Of a stretch of DNA of 64,000 nucleotides, positions 7,759 to 17,402 are shown piece by piece. Under the pieces are notes generated by a model. That model was given only the letters and a program-made list of their open reading frames with translations. It was not told where the DNA came from and did no database searches. Both the position numbers and the translations under genes were made by a program. The number at the start of each line of letters is the position of its first letter. Position 1 is the first letter of the stretch. The stretch comes from an uncultured virus (IMG/VR IMGVR_UViG_3300047274_000159) (Duplodnaviria; Heunggongvirae; Uroviricota; Caudoviricetes), in the IMG/VR virus record IMGVR_UViG_3300047274_000159, positions 1 through 64,000 of that record; one strand, written 5' to 3'.

Positions 7759-9282
7759 TTGAAAATTAATAATATCCTTGTTGAAAATCATCTGACGGAG
7801 TCTCGTAGAGTACTAGTGGAGTCTTGTCAAGGTCTTGATCAACAACAACGTAAGATTGTCGAGGGGATTGTTAAAGAACTACAGCCTTTAATCGAAGCTA
7901 GTCTAACACCTCAACAGATACAGGGCATATTTGGTGGTGTGGAAAAAGCAGCCACTGATGCTGGAGGAAACAGGACTCTATTAGGCAAAGGAGTTGATGT
8001 TGCCAAGAAAGCAGATGCGATCATCAATAACATCGGTAAGTGGTTACAGGACACCACACCAGTTAAGGCTTTTGATCAAAAGTTTGAAGATCTCAAGGCC
8101 ACTATCAGCAAGAAGTTTCCTGATCTATCACAGAAAGTCGCAGGTATGGGAGAATGGGCCAAGGCCAATCCCGGAAAAACTGCGGCCATTGTCGGTGTAT
8201 TAACAGCCATCGCTTCGTTGGCAGGTGGACCTGTCGGTGGCGCTATCGCTGGTCAAGTACTGAGAGGTTCTGTAGAACTGCTCAAGGGCGAAAAACTTTC
8301 CACAGCCATTGGTAAAGGTGTTAAGACCGCAGTATTTGGTTATCTATCCGGCAAGGCATTTGAAATGCTGGGCGAATTCGCTGAAGGTATTAGGATTAAA
8401 TCTCTTCCATTTGGTCCTGAGAATGCAGGATTTGAACAGGTATCGTTTGGTGCTACTAAAACAATCACTGCTCCAGGCATGGAGTGGACACGAGAAATAC
8501 AGGGCATCGATATTATCGTAGATCCTGAAATGGCCAGTGCTGTGAGATCAGCAGAAACCCTATTAAGGATGGGCGGTGACGCTGCCAACGAAGGTTTTGA
8601 GCAGTTAGAAAATGTAGCCAAGATCATCAACAGCGCAGAATATAAACAAGAAATCGCAAGTGCCCTAGAAATCAGTAGACAAGAACTTATTAAAAATGAT
8701 TCGCTGCTTAATTTTATCAAAGCAGCCAAAGAAGGACTACAGGCAGTGTCTCAGGGTGCTGTGGCTGCTGCTGGTGTCGCTGGCGGCAAAGAAAAGAAAG
8801 AGAGTGTTTACCTACAATCTAGACCTCTCAGTGAAGGGCAAGTATATTTGGTATTCAATAGGATTGCTGCAGAACAGCTCAACGAAGGTCCCATGGACAT
8901 GGTTAAAGGTGCAGCTAACTGGGTTTCTAAGAAAGCAGGAAATCTAACCACAAAAATCACAGCAGACAAACTAAATTCTGCTTGGCAGAAAGCAGGCAGT
9001 CCTACAGATTCGGATCAGCTAGCAGATTTTCTTGCCAAACAAAACATTGACACTGAAATGATCAAGAGTGTCTATGCTTCAATGAAACTACCAGCACCCG
9101 GCTCAGGCAAGGCTCTAGCAGATCTAGAAACAGTAAAACAACTGGTAGCAAAATTACCTGTGGACCGCAAGGCAAGATTGTTAAAATACCTATTAGGTGG
9201 CGCCAAAGGTATGAAACAATCAGCAGAAATCGCCGCAGACAGAGAAAGACTGTTACCGCAGGCCGCAGAGGACATCAAATGA
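7759..9282 (+). CDS. Hypothetical protein, probable internal head/ejection protein
   Basis: 507 aa; N-terminal LVE/LTE motifs resembling gp21 cleavage sites; Gly-rich hydrophobic hairpin; late promoter; TTG start. Confidence 0.5.
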   Translation: MKINNILVENHLTESRRVLVESCQGLDQQQRKIVEGIVKELQPLIEASLTPQQIQGIFGGVEKAATDAGGNRTLLGKGVDVAKKADAIINNIGKWLQDTTPVKAFDQKFEDLKATISKKFPDLSQKVAGMGEWAKANPGKTAAIVGVLTAIASLAGGPVGGAIAGQVLRGSVELLKGEKLSTAIGKGVKTAVFGYLSGKAFEMLGEFAEGIRIKSLPFGPENAGFEQVSFGATKTITAPGMEWTREIQGIDIIVDPEMASAVRSAETLLRMGGDAANEGFEQLENVAKIINSAEYKQEIASALEISRQELIKNDSLLNFIKAAKEGLQAVSQGAVAAAGVAGGKEKKESVYLQSRPLSEGQVYLVFNRIAAEQLNEGPMDMVKGAANWVSKKAGNLTTKITADKLNSAWQKAGSPTDSDQLADFLAKQNIDTEMIKSVYASMKLPAPGSGKALADLETVKQLVAKLPVDRKARLLKYLLGGAKGMKQSAEIAADRERLLPQAAEDIK

Positions 9283-10262
9283 AAATCAATGAACTATTAA
9301 ACGAAAGCCAACAACAAGAACTGTCAGTGTTACAGGAAGGCCCTATCCTTAACAAGATTGGTCAAGGTGTAGGCAAGGTTGCAGGAACTGCTGCCAAGGC
9401 GGTGGGATCTGTGGCCGGCGGTGTTGCCGGACTAGGATCAGCTTTTATGAAAGGCTATCGTGGAGGCAAATCTACCGTGGCCGCAGCCGGTGACGATGAT
9501 GAAGCAGACACAGCCGCAGATACGGGCAATACAGCTCAAAGCGGAGGTACTACTAAGACAGCCGCAACCGGTGGTAGTAGCAGTAGTGGAGCAGCACCAG
9601 CTGCTGGGGGAGGTAGTGCAGCACCTGCAGCCGATACTGGAACAGCATCTGCACCAAAAGCTACCAAAGCTGCACCTAAGAGCACATTTGGTAAACTAAC
9701 CACAGCAGCCGCAGGCGGCGCTGATGCTGCTGCCGGCAGAGTAGAACCAACTTTAGACGAACCTAAATCTGATACAGCATATGCTCAGGCACAAAAAGCA
9801 GTGTCGTCATTGGCACCTGAACAGAAAAAAGAAATCGTAACCATGCTCCAGGCTGATCCAAAAGTTAAAGCAGCCATGGAAAGACCCGCTGCTAAGAAGC
9901 CAGCAGCCAAACCTGCAGCAGCACCAGCGGCCGATGCTGGTGCAAGTGCAATGGGACAAATGGTCGGACAGTTAGCCAAAGGGGGAGCAGAACAACCTAA
10001 CACGATGGCAAATGCTCCGGTAAGTAAAACTAATACTGCTAAACCAGGTAATCCAAATGCAGCACCAGCTGCTAAACCTACGACAGCACCTGCGGCAGCA
10101 GAGCCCAAGCCAAATAAAAGAAAACCTGCCAAGAAACCAGCAGGTCCTAGTCAGGCCGAAATCGATGCAGATCGCGCAAGAATTATGGGACCAACTTCTG
10201 ACAGCATTGTTAGAACCAAAGCTAGTCTAACTGAAAACTTTAGTCTGTTCAGAAGAAGTTAA
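9279..10262 (+). CDS. Hypothetical Ala/Pro/Lys-rich protein, probable internal head protein
   Basis: 327 aa, low complexity; MKINELLNE...LQEG N-terminus with I/L-x-E motifs; start overlaps the upstream stop codon. Confidence 0.5.
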   Translation: MKINELLNESQQQELSVLQEGPILNKIGQGVGKVAGTAAKAVGSVAGGVAGLGSAFMKGYRGGKSTVAAAGDDDEADTAADTGNTAQSGGTTKTAATGGSSSSGAAPAAGGGSAAPAADTGTASAPKATKAAPKSTFGKLTTAAAGGADAAAGRVEPTLDEPKSDTAYAQAQKAVSSLAPEQKKEIVTMLQADPKVKAAMERPAAKKPAAKPAAAPAADAGASAMGQMVGQLAKGGAEQPNTMANAPVSKTNTAKPGNPNAAPAAKPTTAPAAAEPKPNKRKPAKKPAGPSQAEIDADRARIMGPTSDSIVRTKASLTENFSLFRRS

Positions 10263-10492
10263 AAGAAAGGTAAACCTGTTTTCTTAGTAGTTTCAAGATT
10301 GTCTTTGATGATCTCGCCTATGATGTTTCTTTCTTCATAGCTGAGCATCATAGCATCAGAATAGCTCATACCTCGCATATACCAACAGATCTTGAGAAGA
10401 TCTTTTTTGATAGACAGCGCCTCTTTTTCTATTTGTTTTACAAATTCAAGGATCTCAGACTGAGGCAGTGTTAAGACCCTTTGGCGAAAAAA
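10259..10492 (-). CDS. gp51-like/tail-assembly-chaperone C-terminal segment, probably expressed by -1 frameshift from the gp26-like gene
   Basis: Reads RQRVLTLPQSE...CWYMRGMSYSDAMMLSYEER...TGLPFF; overlaps the end of the upstream gene in the -1 frame at a slippery site; no convincing start of its own. Confidence 0.6.
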   Translation of the reverse strand, partial: FFRQRVLTLPQSEILEFVKQIEKEALSIKKDLLKICWYMRGMSYSDAMMLSYEERNIIGEIIKDNLETTKKTGLPFF

Positions 10493-11337
10493 TTTGTCTG
10501 ATCCATACTTACAGTCACAGTCCAGTGATGTTTGCATTCTGCGCATTCAACATCCTGCGCTTTGAGTTCCATAAGTTCTTTCATATCTCTGATATGATCA
10601 TTGACCGTGTTAAACACAGTACTGTCTGCATTTTCCATAAAGTCTAAAATGATCTGTTGATCAGTCACATCACCATCCGGTGTGGAGATTCGTGTGATAC
10701 AGCCTGCTACTACATCAACAGTAAGTTCAGTTAACTTGACAAAACTTTCTCCAAATCGTTCAATTTTTTCTTCGTCACTCATGTTAGGATCATTAACCAC
10801 TTCGAAGATTTTTTGTTGTTCTAGAGTTTTGATAGCAGTCTTGGTAATTTCTTTGTAGCTGTAGGGTCTTAAATGGATAGTCAGCGGACCTACAGATAAT
10901 TCAGAAGCATATCTAAACTTATAAGTTTCTTCAAGATAACCGAGAAGATTCAGTTGATAATCATTATAATGACTACAGCTAGGACAGGTACTGCTAATTT
11001 CCATGCTTTCGCCGTAGGTAGCGATCCTAATAGCGATAAGACATGCATCTAGATCGATGCTGGGCATGAGCCAAGGTTCTTTGATCGCTGGAATACAGCT
11101 CTTGATAACTTCTACAGTAGATTGACCGTTCATGAGAGCATCGGGAGTTTTAAACATCAACTCATCTTTGGCTGTCATGGCATACACAGCGTATTCTTCG
11201 TTTTGACTCACATCTAAAGAACCAGGCGGATAAAAGTTCCCCTGGCTAGGTAATCTCATATATAACTTTGGTTGTCTAAAATAATTTGCTAGAGGATTAG
11301 ACACCCTCTTTACTTGCTGATTGGATTGGTCCATCAT
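10471..11337 (-). CDS. gp26: Baseplate hub assembly protein, T4 gp26-like
   Basis: NPL..YFRQPK.Y..LPS, MTAKDEL..K, D.DA.LIAIR.A.YGE, CPSC and CAEC Zn-type motifs, terminal NFF. Confidence 0.75.
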   Translation of the reverse strand: MMDQSNQQVKRVSNPLANYFRQPKLYMRLPSQGNFYPPGSLDVSQNEEYAVYAMTAKDELMFKTPDALMNGQSTVEVIKSCIPAIKEPWLMPSIDLDACLIAIRIATYGESMEISSTCPSCSHYNDYQLNLLGYLEETYKFRYASELSVGPLTIHLRPYSYKEITKTAIKTLEQQKIFEVVNDPNMSDEEKIERFGESFVKLTELTVDVVAGCITRISTPDGDVTDQQIILDFMENADSTVFNTVNDHIRDMKELMELKAQDVECAECKHHWTVTVSMDQTNFFAKGS

Positions 11338-11348
11338 ATTTTTTCCCC

Positions 11349-11379
11349 GATAAATAATTTATCTACTCATATATTTATA
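11349..11379. promoter_or_regulatory. Face-to-face late promoters for tape measure (+) and gp26 (-)
   Basis: TAAATA at 11351-11356 (+) and full T4 consensus TATAAATA at 11372-11379 (-); small palindrome GATAAA-TAA-TTTATC at 11349-11363. Confidence 0.6.
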
Positions 11380-11405
11380 TGCGCAGTTTTCATGGATTTT
11401 ACTAA

Positions 11406-14400
11406 ATGGCAGACGTAACTGGCGATCTCGGCGGGCAACCAATACAGCTCAATAATGCAGCAACTGAAATCACGCTCAAGCAGATTTTGGCTGCTATGCT
11501 GGCGCAAACTGCGGCCATGGCCAAGCAAGGCAAGGCCGGCGCCGGCGGAATGGATCCAAAGACTCTCAAAGAGCTAGAAAAAGAATTAGAAAGACTAGCC
11601 AAAGCCAGTAAAAAACAAAAAGAAGAATCCGAGGCGTTACAAAAAGCTCAACGCGACGAAACTGAAGAAAAGAAAAAAGCTCTAGAACACGAGAAAAAGA
11701 AAGGTCTGTTTTCTGCTAAAGAACTGAAGCAGATGCAGCAGACAATGAGCAGCCTAGCTACTCTAGGTTCGGCAGTATCTGGTGTTGCTCTAGGCATGAC
11801 AAATCTCATGTCTGCATTAGCCAATACTGGCAACAGCATGAGTGCTGCTGCACAGACCATGAACAATATCCCTATAGTCGGGGGTGTGCTAGCAGGAGTG
11901 TTTGGTGCGGTAGCTGGCGCAGCAGAAAAAACCTACAAGGCCTTTCAACAAAGTGCCAGCGTAGGTGCGAACTTTGGTGGCAGCATTGTTACAATGATAG
12001 ATTCTGCTACCGCAGCAGGTCTAACATTTGAACAATTCTCTGGGATCATCGCTAGGAATGGCCAACAGCTGGCTCTGCTAGGTGGTACATCGGAAGAAGG
12101 TGCTAAGAGATTAGCACAGCTAGGAAAAACCATCAAGAACTCACCGCTGGGCAATGATCTAGCTAGGATGGGTTATAGTACAGAGCAGATTAATGAAGGA
12201 TTCGCCAAGTATTCTGCTCAGCTGGCCGCTACAGGTAAACTACAAGGGATGAGTAATTCTCAACTGGTAGCACAGACCGGAGCGTACCTACAAGACTTAG
12301 ATGCACTTACTAAGCTCACCGGTAAGAATCGTGCAGATCTAGAAAAAGAAAGAGAAGCAAGATTAAAAGACTCTCAGTTTAGAAACATCATGAGCAAGTT
12401 AGACGCTGACAGTCAACGAAACTTGCAGAACCTAATGGACAGTATACCTGCTGAACATCAGGAAGGCATGAAAGAAATTATTGCTACAGGTACAGCAACA
12501 TCTGAAGCAGGTAAGAAAGCTCTGGCTTTCTTACCAGAATCTGCCCGTAATATGATGCAGTTGAACCAACAGATCCGTACCACGGGTAAGATGGGAGCAG
12601 ATCAAGCAGCAAGGATCAATGCAGCTTATAAACAAGAAGTAACTAATTTTACCAAATCTGGCGTAGCAGAAAACATGGCGCTATATGGGGACGAAGCCAG
12701 TAAGCGTTTCTATGTAGGTGCTATGGATGCCGCAGCTAATCAAAAAACTCTAGGCCAGGTACAGGCAGAACAACAAAAAGCTGCCGCAGAAAGAGCTGCT
12801 AAAGAAAAACAATTACAGGCTGAAGGTTTAGATCCTGCGAAATTAAAAGAATATCAAGAAAAGATCGCCCAGACTAGTAACACGTTTACAAAATTCTTAG
12901 CCACTAGCGGTCTACTTGATACGATGATGCAGGCATTTACCATGCTTACGGATTTTACAATAAGTTATGTTGTACCAGCATTCCAGTGGATGGCACGTAA
13001 TTTTGAAACGATCGTGCTAGTAGCAACACCATTGATAGCTCTATTTGCTATATTAAAAGCAGCTATATTTGCACATAACGTTGTCCAAGCACTGCAAACT
13101 CTAGGAGTTACAGCTTCACTAGCTCCATTAGCAGCAATGGCGGGTGCAGCACTGGCAGTAGCTCTGCCTATACTAGCATTGGTCGCAGCAGGTTGGGCTC
13201 TGTATAAAGGATTCCAATGGATTTCAGATAAGGTCAAAGAAGCAGGATGGTCGTTCAGTGATGTATTTGAAGCCATAGGAGATAATCTAAAACGCTTTGC
13301 ACTGTTCTATACAGATATATGGTTAGCTATAGCAGAAAAAGTTGCTAAGTTTTTTGGCGGCGGTGATACTATCAAAGCCATGCGAGATCGAATCAAAGAA
13401 GAGCAGACTGAATTAGACGAAAAAGAAAAAGCTAGAGATCAACGTAGAAAAGAAGCTGGTGACAAATATAAACAAGAAAAAGCTCTCAAAGAACAAAAAG
13501 AAAAAGAGCTTGAAGCCAGTAAAAAATTAACTGAACAAAAAGCACAAGAAGCTAAAGCTGGAGCAAGTGCCGCTAGTGCGAACGAAGCCAATGCAGCCGC
13601 TGCCGCTGCTGCTCCACCACCTATTGATTTTAGTTCTCCTCAAAAAATGTTTGACAGCATGAAGAAGAGAATGGAAGGTCAAGCACAACAACAACAGCAG
13701 CCAGGAACTACAACTACTGCGCCCGTAACTGGCACATCTACTGCACCACCGCCTGTAAACCAAGACCAAAAGAAAAACATGGAATTGGTCAAAGCTGCCC
13801 TAATTAAACAAGGCATCACAGATCCAAAATATATCGCTGCTACATTGGGCAACGTTATGAAGGAAACTGGCGGCAAGAGTATTTCTGAGAACATGAATTA
13901 TGGCGGTACCTCTAATGATCGTATCAGAAAGATTTTTGGTTCGAGAGCCGCAGGAAAAACCGATGCAGAACTAGATGCAATCAAAAAAGATCCATCAAAG
14001 ATGGGCGAAATGATGTATGGTGCCGGTACTAAACTAGGCCAACAAATGGGCAACACTGAGCCCGGAGATGGCTTCAAATTCCGCGGACGAGGTTTTATTC
14101 AACTCACAGGCAAAAACAATTATGCTGCGGCATCAAAAGCTATCTATGGTGACGATAGATTGGTACAGAATCCAGATCTAGTCAACAATCCAGAAGTTGC
14201 AGCACAGGTATCGGCTTGGTATATGAAAAAAGGCCAAACTAGTATGGCCAGCAAGCTAGGTATAAACACCGCTAACATGACCCAAGAGCAGGCTAATCTA
14301 TTAGCTACAAGTCAGATCGCAGGTGGAGACATTAGAAAGAAAGGAGCCATCGGTGCAGAAATTTCTGCCAAAGTTGATAAGTTTTCTACTCAAATGGCAG

Positions 14401-14750
14401 GCATAGCAGGAGCTCCTGTGGCTCCGGATGCATCGCAGGCATTGGCTCAAGTTAGAACACCGGCAACAACAACTACACCGGCTGCTACTACCACACAAAC
14501 AGCTCTAGCCCAAAATAAACCAGCAGATACAGTGGCAGCTGAACAGGAAAGGATTAGACGTGAAGGAAAAGCAGTACCAGGAACAGGCACGGTTGGAAGC
14601 CAAGATACCCCTGCGGGACTGCTATCTGCGTTAAATACTAAGATGGATACTTTGATTTCTTTAACACGTCGTGTCAATGAAGTTAACGAACGCCAACTAT
14701 CTGTTCAACGAAACATAGCTCAAAGCGGTGACCTTTATAGTGCTGCTTAA
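11406..14750 (+). CDS. Tape measure-like protein with C-terminal GH19 (chitinase/lysozyme-like) domain
   Basis: Long helical Ala/Gln/Lys-rich body, hydrophobic segments, then KETGG..ENMNY and GNTEPGDGFKFRGRGFIQLTGKNNY (GH19 signature). Confidence 0.8.
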   Translation: MADVTGDLGGQPIQLNNAATEITLKQILAAMLAQTAAMAKQGKAGAGGMDPKTLKELEKELERLAKASKKQKEESEALQKAQRDETEEKKKALEHEKKKGLFSAKELKQMQQTMSSLATLGSAVSGVALGMTNLMSALANTGNSMSAAAQTMNNIPIVGGVLAGVFGAVAGAAEKTYKAFQQSASVGANFGGSIVTMIDSATAAGLTFEQFSGIIARNGQQLALLGGTSEEGAKRLAQLGKTIKNSPLGNDLARMGYSTEQINEGFAKYSAQLAATGKLQGMSNSQLVAQTGAYLQDLDALTKLTGKNRADLEKEREARLKDSQFRNIMSKLDADSQRNLQNLMDSIPAEHQEGMKEIIATGTATSEAGKKALAFLPESARNMMQLNQQIRTTGKMGADQAARINAAYKQEVTNFTKSGVAENMALYGDEASKRFYVGAMDAAANQKTLGQVQAEQQKAAAERAAKEKQLQAEGLDPAKLKEYQEKIAQTSNTFTKFLATSGLLDTMMQAFTMLTDFTISYVVPAFQWMARNFETIVLVATPLIALFAILKAAIFAHNVVQALQTLGVTASLAPLAAMAGAALAVALPILALVAAGWALYKGFQWISDKVKEAGWSFSDVFEAIGDNLKRFALFYTDIWLAIAEKVAKFFGGGDTIKAMRDRIKEEQTELDEKEKARDQRRKEAGDKYKQEKALKEQKEKELEASKKLTEQKAQEAKAGASAASANEANAAAAAAAPPPIDFSSPQKMFDSMKKRMEGQAQQQQQPGTTTTAPVTGTSTAPPPVNQDQKKNMELVKAALIKQGITDPKYIAATLGNVMKETGGKSISENMNYGGTSNDRIRKIFGSRAAGKTDAELDAIKKDPSKMGEMMYGAGTKLGQQMGNTEPGDGFKFRGRGFIQLTGKNNYAAASKAIYGDDRLVQNPDLVNNPEVAAQVSAWYMKKGQTSMASKLGINTANMTQEQANLLATSQIAGGDIRKKGAIGAEISAKVDKFSTQMAGIAGAPVAPDASQALAQVRTPATTTTPAATTTQTALAQNKPADTVAAEQERIRREGKAVPGTGTVGSQDTPAGLLSALNTKMDTLISLTRRVNEVNERQLSVQRNIAQSGDLYSAA

Positions 14751-14763
14751 GGGAAATTAATTA

Positions 14764-16464
14764 ATGTCTTGGAAAAAATATTTTACTCCTGTTAATTTAG
14801 ATAACCAAAAATCTTCCTATAGTCCTGTAGGTAACGGAGGACGTCCAGGACCGGCTCGAGCTAATTATTCAAGTTTCTTGCCCGATGTATATGCCGGCGC
14901 ACCAAATCGTGTTGAGCGTTATATGCAGTACGATACTATGGACATGGACTCGGAAGTCAATGCTGCCCTAGATATCTTAACCGAATTCTGCACACAGAAA
15001 GACAAAGAAAATAGCACAGCGTTCCATTTATTTTTCAGAGGACAACCAACATCCACTGAAACTAAACTTCTAAAAGAAAGTCTACAGAAGTGGAGTAAAC
15101 AACAGCAGTTCGAAACTAGAATATTCCGCATAGTTAGAAATGCATTCAAGTATGGCGATTGTTTCTTTGTCAAAGATCCGCAGACTATGAAGTGGTTGTT
15201 CGTAGATGCTTCAAAAGTGACTAAAATTATCGTTAATGAATCGGAAGGTAAGGTTCCTGAGCAGTATGTGATCAAAGATATCAACTTTAATTTCAAAGAC
15301 CTTATAGCCACAACACCTCATAACACCACAAACACTGCACCTAGCGGAACTAGCTCATATACCACAGGCGGTGGATTTGGTCGCGGTATGGTCGGTGATG
15401 CTGCACGACCACCAGGAACGAGATTCCAAAACGGCACTAACGAAATAGCCGTAGATGCAAAAAATATCGTGCATATCAGTCTTTCAGAGGGCCTAGACAA
15501 CAACTATCCTTTTGGTAATTCGTTGCTAGAATCAGTGTTCAAGGTCTACAAGCAGAAAGAACTACTTGAAGATGCTATCATTATCTATCGTATTCAACGT
15601 GCTCCAGAACGTAGGATTTTCTATGTTGACGTAGGTAACATGCCTGCGCACATGGCCATGGCATTTGTCGAGCGTGTTAAAAATGAAATCCATCAACGTA
15701 GAATTCCTAGCTCGACCGGCGGCGGCCAAAACATGGTTGATGCTAGTTATAATCCATTAAGCGTTTCAGAAGATTACTTCTTTCCGCAGACAGCAGAAGG
15801 CCGTGGCAGTAAAGTAGAAACCTTACCCGGAGGTACGAATCTTGGAGAAATTACAGATCTTCGTTATTTTACTAACAAATTGTTTAGGGCTTTGCGCATA
15901 CCTGCTTCATATCTTCCTACAGCCATAGATGAACAGGCTAATACTGTATCAGATGGCAAAGTAGGTACTGCCTACATACAAGAGTTACGTTTTAACAAGT
16001 ACTGTGAGCGACTACAGTCGATGATCGTAGAAACTTTTGATCAAGAATTTAAACTTTGGTTGAACAACAACGGTATTAATATAGATTTTAGTTTGTTTGA
16101 ATTAAAGTTTAATCCTCCACAGAATTTTGCAGCATACAGACAATCAGAACTAGATACAGCTAGGGCAGCTACCTTTGCACAACTGCAAGAAATCGCACAC
16201 CTCAGCAAACGATTCGCTCTAAAACGATTCCTAGGTCTAACTGAAGAAGAAATCAAAGAAAACGAACGCCTCTGGAGAGAAGAGAACGGTTCAAATCTTA
16301 AGCCTTCTTTAGATGCAGCTAGCCAAATGAGAAGTATTGGCGTAAGTCCTGCAGGACTAGGTGCAGAAGCTGCTACACAAACCGCCGAAGCACCAGTAGA
16401 AGCGCCAGAAGCAGGCGCAGAAGCAGGCGCCGAGGCAGCTCCGGCTCAAGAACCCGCACAATAA
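14764..16464 (+). CDS. gp20: Portal protein, T4 gp20-like
   Basis: LEDAIIIYRIQRAPERRIFYVDVGNMP, EDYFFP...GRGSKVETLPGG.NLGEI.D..YF..KL.RAL.IP motifs. Confidence 0.95.
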   Translation: MSWKKYFTPVNLDNQKSSYSPVGNGGRPGPARANYSSFLPDVYAGAPNRVERYMQYDTMDMDSEVNAALDILTEFCTQKDKENSTAFHLFFRGQPTSTETKLLKESLQKWSKQQQFETRIFRIVRNAFKYGDCFFVKDPQTMKWLFVDASKVTKIIVNESEGKVPEQYVIKDINFNFKDLIATTPHNTTNTAPSGTSSYTTGGGFGRGMVGDAARPPGTRFQNGTNEIAVDAKNIVHISLSEGLDNNYPFGNSLLESVFKVYKQKELLEDAIIIYRIQRAPERRIFYVDVGNMPAHMAMAFVERVKNEIHQRRIPSSTGGGQNMVDASYNPLSVSEDYFFPQTAEGRGSKVETLPGGTNLGEITDLRYFTNKLFRALRIPASYLPTAIDEQANTVSDGKVGTAYIQELRFNKYCERLQSMIVETFDQEFKLWLNNNGINIDFSLFELKFNPPQNFAAYRQSELDTARAATFAQLQEIAHLSKRFALKRFLGLTEEEIKENERLWREENGSNLKPSLDAASQMRSIGVSPAGLGAEAATQTAEAPVEAPEAGAEAGAEAAPAQEPAQ

Positions 16465-16474
16465 TAAATACACT

Positions 16475-16723
16475 ATGCTTCTACTTGAATTCCTTTATTT
16501 CAATGACAACAACAATGATTTTGCTGTGGATCGTCGCTACGACAACAGCAAGGACAAATCTGTGATTGAAAAAAGCGATACAAGAAAGATTCGTCTAACA
16601 CTTAGACAAATAAATCAACTGAGAATGCAAAGCGAAGCCCACGAATACGAGCGAGATTCAGAGCTGGAATTTGTTAAACAAATGTACGGAACTCCAGTTG
16701 AAGCACAGCAAACAGCCGAATAA
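16475..16723 (+). CDS. Small head-module protein (hypothetical)
   Basis: 82 aa directly after portal; TAAATA at 16465-16470 upstream; DTRK.RLTL.QIN.LR motif. Confidence 0.6.
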   Translation: MLLLEFLYFNDNNNDFAVDRRYDNSKDKSVIEKSDTRKIRLTLRQINQLRMQSEAHEYERDSELEFVKQMYGTPVEAQQTAE

Positions 16724-17339
16724 CACCGCATTCGTACTAGGTAACGGCACTAGTAGACTACAGTTAAATCACAAAAATCTCCTAGACAAAGGTACTGTCT
16801 ATGCATGTAATGCCATGTATAGAGAGTTTGAGCCCCACTATTTGATAGCTGTAGACGTGAAAATGGTCAACGAAATCATAGCCAGCGGCTATCATAAACG
16901 TTGTTCAGTTTGGACAAATCCTAACAAAGGTGTGTCTACCAAGCACCATGTAAACTTCTTTAATCCACATAAAGGATGGAGTTCGGGTCCTACCGCTCTT
17001 TCCTTGGCTTGCGACCACGGGCACCGCGAAATTTATATATTTGGCTTTGATTATGCAGGGATCAACGGCAGATTTAACAATGTATACGCCAATACTTTTA
17101 ACTATAAAAAAAGCACAGATCCTGCAACATTTCACGGAAACTGGCTGACACAAACAGAAAGAACCATACGAGATCATAAGAATATTAATTTTGTACGGGT
17201 CATACAGGGAGATGCATTTATTCCTGATCAGCTAGGACCTCATCATAGAAATCTCAAACACATGAACTATGAAGATTTTGAAAAAATTTATCCGGGTTGT
17301 ATTTACAAAACGGAAAATCTTCAAAAAAGTACCATTTAA
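16671..17339 (+). CDS. Maf/CstII (GT42/DUF115)-like glycosyltransferase-fold protein
   Basis: VLGNGTSR...YACNAMY...IAVD...SSGPTAL.LA...GHREIYIFGFDY matches the GNGPS / CN / TSG / G.KEIYL.GIDF pattern of CstII and Maf proteins; true start may be TTG near 16698. Confidence 0.6.
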   Translation: MLNKCTELQLKHSKQPNNTAFVLGNGTSRLQLNHKNLLDKGTVYACNAMYREFEPHYLIAVDVKMVNEIIASGYHKRCSVWTNPNKGVSTKHHVNFFNPHKGWSSGPTALSLACDHGHREIYIFGFDYAGINGRFNNVYANTFNYKKSTDPATFHGNWLTQTERTIRDHKNINFVRVIQGDAFIPDQLGPHHRNLKHMNYEDFEKIYPGCIYKTENLQKSTI

Positions 17340-17402
17340 CACCTTTTTAATAAAAGTGTAGTAAATAACTCACAGCCTAACCATCTTGAAGGAGAATACA
17401 AC

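Noticed and set aside
7335..7791. Minus-strand ORFs 7335-7562 and 7477-7791
   Set aside because: No SD or promoter, unnatural composition, and they overlap a region better explained by + strand RNA structure
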